Assembly: GCA_934643865.1 (NCBI GenBank)
Contig: CAKUCX010000006.1
Span: forward strand, 16,936-80,935
From: an uncultured Kiritimatiellota bacterium
Lineage (GTDB): Bacteria > Verrucomicrobiota > Kiritimatiellia > RFP12 > UBA1067
Direction of reading: 5' to 3'
Length of the DNA: 64,000 nucleotides
The notes beneath the pieces are model-generated. The model worked only from the letters and a program-made list of their open reading frames with translations. It made no database searches and was not told the origin of the DNA. Below are positions 27,169 to 35,342 of this stretch, in pieces. The position numbers were made by a program, and so were the translations under genes. Every line of letters starts with the position of its first letter. Position 1 is the first letter of the stretch.

Positions 27169-28794
27169 TCAGGCCCTCCTGGCGGGAAGCTCGGTCTGCA
27201 GGAGGCGCCGCGCCGCGCCCGCGCCGCCGAGGAGCTTCACGAAGTAGTCCTCGATCCGGTCGGCGAGCGGCGTCTTCGTAAGGTCCGTGCCGAAGATGGA
27301 TGCGTTCGCGAGGATGCCGCGCAGCTGGCCGCGGTAGGTGGCGGGGTCGTTCCAGACGATCCCCTTCAGCTGCGCCTGCAGCTCGTCCTTGAGCGGGTCG
27401 GCCGAGACCTCCATCGCCTCGCCCGCGTCGTTGACCGCGAGCAGATAGCGCAGCCAGCCCGCGAGCGCGAGCGGAATCGCGACGAGCGTGCCGAGGTCGC
27501 GCCCGGCGGCGAGGTAGCTCTTCACCGTCTCGCCGAAGCGCACGCCCACCTTCTGCGACGTGTCCGTCGCGATGCGGCGCGGGTCGTCCGGCATGAACGG
27601 GTTCGGCAGGCGTTCGTTGACGACCTCGTCGATGAACGCCTTCGGGGAGATGATCTTCGGATCGACGACGACGGGCAGACCCTCCACGTAGCCGAGGCGC
27701 TTCACGAGGCGCACGATGTCCGCGTCCTTCATCTCCTCGCAGATGAGCGTGTAACCGAGCAGACAGCCGTACATCGCCATCGCCGTGTGGAGCGGGTTGA
27801 GGCACGTCGTCACCTTCATCTTCTCGGTCATGTTCACCGTCGCGCGGTCGCAGAAGTAGACGCCGGCCCGTTCGAGGGGCGGCCGCCCGTTCGGGAAGCG
27901 GTCCTCGACGACGAGGTACTGCGGCTTCTCGGCGTTCACGAACGGCGCGATGAACGTCTTCTTCGACGTGACGACGGGCGCCATGCCCTCGATGCCGTCC
28001 GCCGCAAGGGCCTTCTCGACCATCGGGTGCGGGCGGGGCGTGATCTTGTCGATCATCGACCAGGGGAAGGCGACCTTCGCCTCGTCCTCCAGGTACGCGA
28101 GGAATCCGCCATCCACGAACCCGTCCCCGTGCCAGGCCCGCGCGATCTCGACGACGGCGTTCCGCAGCTTCTCGCCGTTGTGCGAGCAATTGTCCATCGA
28201 GACGACCGCGAGCGGCAGCTGTCCGGCCCGGTAGCGCGCTAGGAGGAGCGCGCAGACGATCGACATCGCGTGGCGCGCGGCGGCGGGGCCCTCCTTCATG
28301 TCCGCCTCGACGACCGGCAGGAGCGCGCCGTCCGGCTTCCGGAGCGCGTAGCCCTTCTCCGTGATCGTGAACGAGAGCATCTTCAGGGAGGGCGCGCGGA
28401 AGATCGCCTCCAGGTGCGCCTTCGCGGTCGCGTCGGAGAAGTCCGCCTTCACGCCCTCGGCGACGCCCGCGAGCACTTCGCGCGTCGTCGTGCCGTCGGG
28501 ATTGAGGAGCACGTTCAGCGTGAGGTTGTCGTGCGGCGCGTAGATCCGGTCGATGATGTCGTAGTCGAACGTATCGCACGCGATGATGCCGGTCTTCGCG
28601 AGGCCCGCGTCCAGGAGACGCTGGTTGAGCGAGCCGATGAAGCCCCGGAAGATGTTGCCCGCGCCGAAATGGACCCACTCGGGGGCGGCCTTCGTCTGCG
28701 CGCGCATGGCGGCGATGTCGAACTTCGGCAGCGCCACGTGCGCGGCCTTCCAGGCATCCGCCTGCGTCAGGATGGAATCGAGCGTCAACTGCAT
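27169..28794 (-). CDS. Mannitol-dehydrogenase-family oxidoreductase (hexuronate: altronate/mannonate oxidoreductase-like)
   Basis: WVHFGAGNIFRGF dinucleotide motif and family-typical length (541 aa). AAGGAG lies 8 nt upstream of ATG 28794. Confidence 0.65.
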   Translation of the reverse strand: MQLTLDSILTQADAWKAAHVALPKFDIAAMRAQTKAAPEWVHFGAGNIFRGFIGSLNQRLLDAGLAKTGIIACDTFDYDIIDRIYAPHDNLTLNVLLNPDGTTTREVLAGVAEGVKADFSDATAKAHLEAIFRAPSLKMLSFTITEKGYALRKPDGALLPVVEADMKEGPAAARHAMSIVCALLLARYRAGQLPLAVVSMDNCSHNGEKLRNAVVEIARAWHGDGFVDGGFLAYLEDEAKVAFPWSMIDKITPRPHPMVEKALAADGIEGMAPVVTSKKTFIAPFVNAEKPQYLVVEDRFPNGRPPLERAGVYFCDRATVNMTEKMKVTTCLNPLHTAMAMYGCLLGYTLICEEMKDADIVRLVKRLGYVEGLPVVVDPKIISPKAFIDEVVNERLPNPFMPDDPRRIATDTSQKVGVRFGETVKSYLAAGRDLGTLVAIPLALAGWLRYLLAVNDAGEAMEVSADPLKDELQAQLKGIVWNDPATYRGQLRGILANASIFGTDLTKTPLADRIEDYFVKLLGGAGAARRLLQTELPARRA

Positions 28795-28817
28795 GTGCCT
28801 GTCTCCTTTTGCCGAGC

Positions 28818-28847
28818 AGTATACCACACGAGCGTTTTGCGGGTCAA
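28818..28847 (-). promoter_or_regulatory. Sigma70-type promoter TTGACC-N18-(TGG)TATACT for the mannitol-DH-family gene
   Basis: On the minus strand, TTGACC is at 28847-28842 and TGGTATACT at 28826-28818. The RBS and ATG follow downstream. Confidence 0.5.
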
Positions 28848-28864
28848 CATGCGCGCCGCGCGAA

Positions 28865-28880
28865 GGGGGGGGGGGGGGGG
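28865..28880. repeat. G16 homopolymer
   Basis: Sixteen consecutive G between the two divergent promoters, at the left edge of the cas remnant. Confidence 0.95.
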
Positions 28881-28887
28881 CAAACTG

Positions 28888-28896
28888 TGCTATACT
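28888..28896 (+). promoter_or_regulatory. TGCTATACT extended -10, 7 nt upstream of ATG 28904 (leaderless-type)
   Basis: The sequence reads TGCTATACT-ACCGAGC-ATG. Confidence 0.45.
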
Positions 28897-28903
28897 ACCG
28901 AGC

Positions 28904-29548
28904 ATGGACGTGAAGCATCTCATTGCCGTGGCCGCCGGCGCGGCGGCGGCCGTGCAGGGACGCCTCTGGCGGCAGGTTGTCCGCGCGAAGATCCTCAACC
29001 AGTCCGAACTGTTGCGCCGTCTGGGATTTGACACATGCCGTCGCCTGCGGGTGATGGCCGACGAGGTGAAGAACTACGATGCGGAGAATGTCGAGGCCCA
29101 GGCGGCGCGCATCTATTTCCGTGCGCTGGCGCCCGATCCCGGATTCGTTCGTGCGCGCGAGGGAACATGGCCGAACCCTGCGCTCAACTACGGCTATGGC
29201 GTCTTGCGGGCGGCCGTCGCCCGTGCGCTTGTCGGTTCCGGGCTCACCTGCTTTCGCGGGGTCCATCACCACAACCGCTACAACGCCTTCTGCCTCGCGG
29301 ATGACATGATGGAACCCTACCGGCCTTTTGTTGATCAGTACGTCTTCGGACATGTTCCGCCTTTCGACGTCCAGGCAACTGAACTGACACGCGAGATGAA
29401 GGCGCGGCTTCTGCAGATGCTGACGTGTGACGTGAAGACGGGTGACCTCAAACGCCCGCTGATGGTCGCCCTGACCTACACGACGGCCTCGCTTGCCAAG
29501 TACTATCTGGGCAAGACCGACCACCTTGTCCTCCCGTCCTTCCTGTGA
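28904..29548 (+). CDS. cas1: Type II Cas1 lacking the N-terminal beta-domain (5'-truncated cas1; ORF still intact)
   Basis: LWRQVVRAKILNQ aligns to SpyCas1 VWTTIIAQKILNQ (around residue 95). Catalytic-region motifs are retained: EAQAARIYF, NYGYGVL, HHHNRYNAF, ADDMMEPYRP. About 90 N-terminal residues have no coding space because the mannitol-DH-family gene is adjacent. Confidence 0.75.
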   Translation: MDVKHLIAVAAGAAAAVQGRLWRQVVRAKILNQSELLRRLGFDTCRRLRVMADEVKNYDAENVEAQAARIYFRALAPDPGFVRAREGTWPNPALNYGYGVLRAAVARALVGSGLTCFRGVHHHNRYNAFCLADDMMEPYRPFVDQYVFGHVPPFDVQATELTREMKARLLQMLTCDVKTGDLKRPLMVALTYTTASLAKYYLGKTDHLVLPSFL

Positions 29549-29892
29549 CGCTCTGTACGCAGACGGCCCTCAACGGATATGCGATTGTGTGGCTCTACGT
29601 GATGTTCGACCTGCCCGTGGAGACCAAGGCGCAGCGCCGCCTGGCGACGCGCTTTCGCAAAGATCTCCTCAAGGACGGCTTTGCCATGCACCAGTATTCC
29701 GTCTACATCCGGCATTGCGCGAGCCATGAGGCCGCAACCGTCCACATCGGACGGATCAAGAGCCTGGTGCCGGACGAGGGACTTGTCTCCATCCTCAAGG
29801 TGACGGACCGCCAGTTCGGCGACACCGTCCAGTTTGTGGGCCGGAAACGGAAGCCGCCTCCGCCGACACCGCTTCAGCTCGAATTTTTCTAG
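29545..29892 (+). CDS. cas2: Type II Cas2
   Basis: WLYVMFDLPVETKAQRRLATRFRKDLLKDGFAMHQYSVY aligns with SpyCas2 [38 protein letters not shown]. The GTG start overlaps the cas1 TGA. Confidence 0.8.
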   Translation: MTLCTQTALNGYAIVWLYVMFDLPVETKAQRRLATRFRKDLLKDGFAMHQYSVYIRHCASHEAATVHIGRIKSLVPDEGLVSILKVTDRQFGDTVQFVGRKRKPPPPTPLQLEFF

Positions 29893-29982
29893 GAAAGCAT
29901 CCAACAGAGGGTTTGGAACGCCATTCTGAAGGAAATTTCCAGAATCAAAATCCTTGATTTTGCCTTGTCAGTAAAGGGCGAT

Positions 29983-30029
29983 GTCGCTCCAATACTGAAA
30001 AACAATTTCAAAGAGCATCAAATCACAAC
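29983..30029 (-). CRISPR. Solitary CRISPR-repeat-like (or tracrRNA anti-repeat-like) 47-mer; no array
   Basis: The minus strand reads GTTGTGATTTGATGCTCTTTGAAATTGTTTTTCAGTATTGGAGCGAC. It resembles long type II-C repeats that begin GTTGTGATTTG (recalled from memory). Only one copy is present, 90 bp after cas2 in an AT-rich leader-like stretch. Confidence 0.3.
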
Positions 30030-30041
30030 GATACTGCCATT

Positions 30042-31079
30042 TCACCACGGCAGAAACCAGTATACTCCATTGTTTGTTTGAACGTCAATAGCGTCCCATC
30101 CTGGACGGGCGTGGTCGCGGTCAAGGACCCAGCGCGCCGCACCGCGCCATGCTCCCAATGTTCCGCGCCGCGCCCGTCGCCCCGCCTCCGCCTCGCCCAC
30201 TCGCGCCGGGTTCACCAAGGCGTCGATGCGGTTGAGGTAGGCCGTCCGGCTCCTCGGTGTCTCCCGCATCACTTCGGCGTAGACCTCCCGCGCCCGCACC
30301 ACCTCCACGGCATCGTCCACCGCCGGCGTCTCCACGAGCCGCGCCGCCGGTACGGGATCGCGGAGGCCCGTCATCTGCTTGAGCTTCCGCGCGGCCGCCT
30401 TGTAGGCCATCACCGTCTTGTACTTGAGGTAGAGTGCCGGGATGTTCGTCTGGAGCCATGCCTTCACGCCTCCCCGGCGGGCGACGATCTCACCGCTCTC
30501 CGCACGCACAAGGGAACTATCGACGTAACAGGCCAGGTCCTCCATCAACGAGCCGAACCTAAGAAGGTCCTCGTTCGATTCGCGGACTCTCTCCCACGCC
30601 TCCAGCAGCTGTTCCTTCGTCGGGCACGGATTCGTCGTCGTGCGCCGCTTCGCCGCGCGCCGTTCCGCCGCGAGCCGCTGTCGGCGTGCCTTCTCCCGTT
30701 CGTAGTAGGCGGAACGGCGCGACGCATGGCGGAGACGGTCGATCCTCCGCGTTGCGCCGAGGCGCAGCCAGCGCGCGAGCGTCCGCAGCAGCCAGACGTC
30801 GCCGTCCGCGTAGGCGACGATCTCGCGGACGGACGTGCCACGCCGCAGCCACGCGACGGCAAGCCCCTCCGACGCCTCGCAGAGGTCGCCGAAGGCGCGG
30901 CGGCGGTCCTGGATGCGTTTCCGCCGCGCCCGGGCGCGGTGTTCGCGCGCGGCCAGGATTTCGCCCAGCAACGCCTCGTGCCGCCGATCGAAGTCAGACG
31001 AGGCGGCGGAATGAACGGACGCCTCAGGGACGCCGGGGGCGTCTGCCGGGACGACGGTCGTGGAAGGATGTTCAGGCAT
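30042..31079 (-). CDS. Hypothetical Arg-rich protein
   Basis: About 345 aa from MPEHPSTT. No family recognised. TGTTATCAT lies 6 nt upstream of the ATG. The gene is convergent with cas2. Confidence 0.4.
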   Translation of the reverse strand: MPEHPSTTVVPADAPGVPEASVHSAASSDFDRRHEALLGEILAAREHRARARRKRIQDRRRAFGDLCEASEGLAVAWLRRGTSVREIVAYADGDVWLLRTLARWLRLGATRRIDRLRHASRRSAYYEREKARRQRLAAERRAAKRRTTTNPCPTKEQLLEAWERVRESNEDLLRFGSLMEDLACYVDSSLVRAESGEIVARRGGVKAWLQTNIPALYLKYKTVMAYKAAARKLKQMTGLRDPVPAARLVETPAVDDAVEVVRAREVYAEVMRETPRSRTAYLNRIDALVNPARVGEAEAGRRARRGTLGAWRGAARWVLDRDHARPGWDAIDVQTNNGVYWFLPW

Positions 31080-31257
31080 GGGCCTATGATAACACAGGAA
31101 CGGGAGAATGACAAGACTACGGTGCGGACGAAATCCTGTTTTCGCCTTGAACCGTCTCATGGAAAACCAACCGCGTCGAGAGCTGTCGCGCGGGGAGCTT
31201 GAAATCCGCCTTTTGGCATGGATGTTCCCCGGCCAAAGCAGCACGCCCGCCTCCCGT

Positions 31258-31396
31258 TGGGCTGGCGACCGGATTGCTTGGGCTGGCAACTGGATTGCGT
31301 GGGCTGGCGACCGGATTGCTTGGGCTGGCGACCGGATTGCTTGGGCTGGCGACTGGATTGCGTGGGCTGGCGACCGGATCGCTTGGGCTGGCGATC
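31258..31396. repeat. 21-bp tandem repeat, about 6.6 copies (TGGGCTGGCGACCGGATTGCT)
   Basis: Units start at 31258, 31279, 31300, 31321, 31342 and 31363, with a partial unit at 31384. Each unit has 0-3 substitutions. Confidence 0.9.
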
Positions 31397-31406
31397 AGGG
31401 CGGGCG

Positions 31407-33617
31407 TCACCGCCGCCCGTCGGGCAAAGGCCGCGTGAAGACGCCGCTTCCCGTGCAGAACATAAAGAGCCGCCCGTCGTCGAGGAAGACGATCCGCTCA
31501 GGCCCGCTCGGAACCTTGAGCCCGTCTTCCAGGACCTCGCAGGACGCCCCCCCGTTGTACGAAACGTAAAGCGCGTCATGGTGGCCGAAGACGACGACGC
31601 CCTTGCGCCGCGCGTCGAAGGCGACGGTCGCGGATCCCGCCGGCGCCCCCTTGAGGGGATGCCAGGTCGCCCCGCCGTCCAGCGTTTCGAGCATCGCCGA
31701 CCCGCACAGGATGAAGCGCCCCGGCACATGGGGGTCGGCAAAGGGGAGGCGGCCCCGCACCCGGCTCGGCATCTCCCGCCACGCGCCGGCCGCGCGGTCG
31801 AGCCGATAGAGCCGGCGCCCGTCCATCGCGCGGAGGATGGCCGAACCGTCGGGGGAAAAGGCCAGTTGGCGGTTGTCGCCCTGCCATTCCTCGTTCTTGA
31901 AGAGCGGCGGCCCCTCCGGCAGGCCCTTCGAGAACCATTCCCAGGAAACCCCGCAGTCCTGCGAGCGGTAGACGCCCCCACGGCCTGGGGCGAGATCGCC
32001 GCCCGCACACACATAGACGTCGTCGTTCACGGGGTCGACCGCCACCGTGAAGACACCGTGGGAGGCCGTGTCGAAGCGCGGATGCCCGTTCTTCCCCGCG
32101 TTGGCCAGCTTCGTCCAGGAGACACCGCCGTCCTCGGAGCGCCACACCGGCGTCTCCCACTTCCCGCCGCACGCATAGAGAAGCCCCCTCGTGCGGACGG
32201 AACAGGCGAGGCTCTTCGCATACGGCCGGGCCTTCGGGCTCGAATACGAGGCGCCCCCGTTCGTTGAGTAAAGATAGCCCATGTCCGCGACGCCGTAGTA
32301 GAGGCGTTCCCGGTCGAAGGGGTCGAACACGAGGCAGGACGAGACCAGCTGCATGATGCCCGTCTGTGCGCTCGTCCAGTTGCGCCCCGCGTCAAACGTC
32401 TCCCAGATGAAGTACCAGTCCGTCGTGAGCCAGTGGTCGGGACGGCGCGGATCGACGACGATCGTGGAGAGTTCCTCCATCTGCCGGCTCGCTTCAAGGC
32501 GCCGCATGTGGCCCTCGGTCTTCGGGTCGCGCAGCCTCAGCGTCTCACGTTCAACGGGCGTCCAACATGCATCCTTCGCCCCGCGGCGGTAGATCCGCCC
32601 GGCATTGCTCCCGATCAGCCAGAAGTCCGGCCCGGCCGCGAGGGCATGGTAGGTCCCCTCGTTGATGTAGCTCCACCGTCCGCGCGGGACATACGGCCGC
32701 AGGCCCTCGCCGAAGTCGTGCCACGTCGCGCCGCCGTCGTCGGACGCCGCCGCCAGAAGCGGCTTCGCCCCCGGTGCCGCATCCACCTGGGCAAACACGC
32801 CGTAGACCCCCACAAGGCGGTCGGCTCCCCGGATCTGGCGGACCTCATAGGGCGATTCGGCGCTCACGCGCGTCCAGGTCTCTCCGCCGTCGTCTGAACG
32901 GTAGAAGCCGCGTTCGCGCGTGCGCCGCCCCCCTAGCCGGATCCGATACGATTCCTGCGCGTCGTAGTCGTGCTTCAGCGACCACGGCGCGCAGGCCCAG
33001 ACGCGGTTCGTCACCGTGGCGTCGTAGCGCACGTCGCTGAACCAGTGGTTCGTCAGCCCCACGTTCTTCCACGTCTCGCCATTGTCGCGGGAGAGGAAGA
33101 GCCCGTCGGACTCGCTCCCCGCCACCAGCTCGTCGGGGTGTACGGGATTCCGCGCCAGGACAAGCCCCATCATGCGGCGCGGCCCGTTTGCATGGTAGCG
33201 CGCCGACAGCGTCTGCCGGAAGGAGATGCCCCCGTCGCGCGAGACGAAGACGCCCCCCTTCCGCCACGGCCCGTCGCCCGCCGCCATGACGAACGTATTC
33301 GCGTCGCGCGGGTCCACGTCGAGCGTCCGCACCATCCCCGCGTTCAGGTCGCGCTGGCCGATCGTCAGGTTTGCGTGCAGCGGGTACCAGGACTTCCCCG
33401 CGTCGTCGCTGCGATAGGGCCCCCCGACGTCCACATAGGTGTACCACACGTTGGGGTCGCTGGGCGCGATGACCACGTTCTGCATGAACCCGCCCCCGTA
33501 GATGGGCAGGACCTTCCAGGGCGTGTCAAGGGCCGTGCGCCGCTGGACGGTCTCGCCCCACGCGGCCAGCGCGCCCCACAGGGCCGCCGTCCAGGCCAGA
33601 AGATGTCTCATTGCCAT
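31407..33617 (-). CDS. BNR/Asp-box repeat beta-propeller protein (GH74/sialidase-like), secreted
   Basis: There are at least 9 Asp-boxes (SDDAGKSW, SRDGGISF, SRDNGETW, SDDGGETW, SDDGGATW, SEDGGVSW, SQDCGVSW, TLDGGATW ...). Signal peptide MAMRHLLAWTAALWGALAAWG. Confidence 0.7.
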   Translation of the reverse strand: MAMRHLLAWTAALWGALAAWGETVQRRTALDTPWKVLPIYGGGFMQNVVIAPSDPNVWYTYVDVGGPYRSDDAGKSWYPLHANLTIGQRDLNAGMVRTLDVDPRDANTFVMAAGDGPWRKGGVFVSRDGGISFRQTLSARYHANGPRRMMGLVLARNPVHPDELVAGSESDGLFLSRDNGETWKNVGLTNHWFSDVRYDATVTNRVWACAPWSLKHDYDAQESYRIRLGGRRTRERGFYRSDDGGETWTRVSAESPYEVRQIRGADRLVGVYGVFAQVDAAPGAKPLLAAASDDGGATWHDFGEGLRPYVPRGRWSYINEGTYHALAAGPDFWLIGSNAGRIYRRGAKDACWTPVERETLRLRDPKTEGHMRRLEASRQMEELSTIVVDPRRPDHWLTTDWYFIWETFDAGRNWTSAQTGIMQLVSSCLVFDPFDRERLYYGVADMGYLYSTNGGASYSSPKARPYAKSLACSVRTRGLLYACGGKWETPVWRSEDGGVSWTKLANAGKNGHPRFDTASHGVFTVAVDPVNDDVYVCAGGDLAPGRGGVYRSQDCGVSWEWFSKGLPEGPPLFKNEEWQGDNRQLAFSPDGSAILRAMDGRRLYRLDRAAGAWREMPSRVRGRLPFADPHVPGRFILCGSAMLETLDGGATWHPLKGAPAGSATVAFDARRKGVVVFGHHDALYVSYNGGASCEVLEDGLKVPSGPERIVFLDDGRLFMFCTGSGVFTRPLPDGRR

Positions 33618-33786
33618 GCTCCTCTCAATGTCCGCCCCGAAGGGGACAACCCAGAACAATCTCGTCGCCATCTTCCCTCTCTTGTCCCCCATGCGCTTCC
33701 CGACCAGCTAGACCCGCCGGAAGACAACGGCCACGCCACGCGCGGCGGGCAGAATCGCCGAATCGCCGTTCCGGCCCTTTCCCCGC

Positions 33787-35247
33787 CTACTTCCCGCAGA
33801 CGGCGCGGAAGACGGGGAGGGCGGCGTCCGCCCAGATGCGGTAGCCGGCTTCGCGCGGATGGAGGAAGTCGGGCATGAGGTCCTTCGAGATCGTGCCGTC
33901 GGCCTGGACGAGCTTGTCCGTGAAATCGAGCCACAGGATGTTCTCGCCGTCGGCGTAGGGCTTGATAAGCGCATTGACGGCGGCGTTGTTGCGACGCTTC
34001 GGGTCGTCGGGCCGCTCGCCGCGCGGGAAGACGGGGAGGAGGAGAATCTTCGCCTGGGGCTGCTTCGCGCGGATGTCCGCAAGGAGCGTCCGGATGCCGC
34101 GCGCGGTGTCCTCCGGCCTGTCGCCGTAGTTGTTGTTCGTGCCGATCATGAGCATGACGAGCTTCGTGCGGTAGCCGGTGAGTTCGCCGTTCCGCACGCG
34201 CCAGATGTTGTGCTGCACGCGGTCGCCGCCAATGCCGAGGGGGAGGATGCGGTAGGTCTTGCGCAGCTCCGCAAGGACGTTCCGCCCGTTGCCCTCCCAG
34301 CCGGCGGTGATCGAGTCGCCGAGGAAGACGAGGTCGTACTCGGCCGGCCCCTCGGCAATCGCGCGGCGGTGGCGCCGGAGGGCGTGGAACCACATCTCGG
34401 GATCCCGCCACCAGCGTTCACACTGGAAGCCGATGAGGGAGGTCGAGCGGGCGGGGGCGGGAAGATTCACCTGCGGCGGTTCGGGGGCGGGGGCGGGAGA
34501 GGGCGGGCAGGGACGCGCCGCGTCGCCCGCGCAGGCGTATTCGATGAACGGCAGGATGCCGGCGGCCCACGTCTCGTAGCCGGAGGCGGCGGGATGGAGG
34601 CGGTCGGGGAACGTCTCGGCGGGCAGGGTGCCGTCCGGCGCGAGGAAGCGGGCCGTGAAGTCGCACCAGAGAACCGCCTTGCCGTCCGCGAACTTCCGGA
34701 TCTCGCGGTTCACCACGTCGTTGCGCACGCGGCAGGGATCCTGCGCCGTCGCGCCGCGCGGGAAGATGGGACAGAGGACGATCTTCGCGCCGGGCTGCTT
34801 CGCGCGGATCTTATCGAGCACCGCGCGCACGCCGATGATCGTGTCGGCGGGCGGCTCCTTCTCGAAGGGCCAGTGCCCCGTGTTGTTCGTGCCGATCATC
34901 AGGACGACCGCCTTCGCCTCGTAACCGTCGAGTTCGCCGTGGTCGAGCCGCCACAGGACGTGTTCCGTGCGGTCCGCGCTATAGCCGAGGTTGAGCGCGT
35001 GGTAGGGCGCGCCGGCGAAGGACTTCTCCCACTGCGCGCGCCCGTTGCTCTCCCAGAAGTGCGTGATCGAGTCGCCGATGAAGACGACGCGCGACCCGCC
35101 CGCCTTCACGCGCTCCAGCTTCTGCGCGTGGCGCTTCATCCACCAGCTGTTCGTGTCCGCGTTTTGCGGCACGGGCGTGACCGCGCGAATGTCCGCCCCG
35201 GCGACGGCCGCAACGGCAAGGGCCAGCATCAAAACAAGCTTCTTCAT
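33787..35247 (-). CDS. Tandem double SGNH/GDSL esterase (two PAF-AH/sialate-O-acetylesterase-like domains), secreted
   Basis: Two complete motif sets are present: FIGDSITHFW...LGYSADRTEHVLWR...MIGTNN and FLGDSITAGW...LGIGGDRVQHNIWR...MIGTNN. Confidence 0.75.
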   Translation of the reverse strand: MKKLVLMLALAVAAVAGADIRAVTPVPQNADTNSWWMKRHAQKLERVKAGGSRVVFIGDSITHFWESNGRAQWEKSFAGAPYHALNLGYSADRTEHVLWRLDHGELDGYEAKAVVLMIGTNNTGHWPFEKEPPADTIIGVRAVLDKIRAKQPGAKIVLCPIFPRGATAQDPCRVRNDVVNREIRKFADGKAVLWCDFTARFLAPDGTLPAETFPDRLHPAASGYETWAAGILPFIEYACAGDAARPCPPSPAPAPEPPQVNLPAPARSTSLIGFQCERWWRDPEMWFHALRRHRRAIAEGPAEYDLVFLGDSITAGWEGNGRNVLAELRKTYRILPLGIGGDRVQHNIWRVRNGELTGYRTKLVMLMIGTNNNYGDRPEDTARGIRTLLADIRAKQPQAKILLLPVFPRGERPDDPKRRNNAAVNALIKPYADGENILWLDFTDKLVQADGTISKDLMPDFLHPREAGYRIWADAALPVFRAVCGK

Positions 35248-35342
35248 TCTTTCACTCTCCTCCTGTCAACCAGCGTCCGCACGCCCCCGCGCGCAACGCG
35301 AACGGCGCGGTTTCCTTGTTTGCCGCCTGCGATCAGGCGCCT

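Noticed and set aside
25208-28678. 1156-aa ORF spanning the beta-helix gene and the mannitol-DH-family gene
   Set aside because: The upstream 500 codons are an alternative frame of the mannitol-DH-family gene. The signal peptide and beta-helix homology begin at GTG 27166.
29893-30041. Expected CRISPR array downstream of cas2
   Set aside because: Only one repeat-like 47-mer is present. No second copy or spacer-repeat periodicity occurs anywhere in the window, so no array is called.
31218-32267. 349-aa plus-strand ORF with WRPDCLGW repeats
   Set aside because: Its repeat part is just another frame of the 21-bp tandem repeat. The remainder is antisense to the BNR gene.
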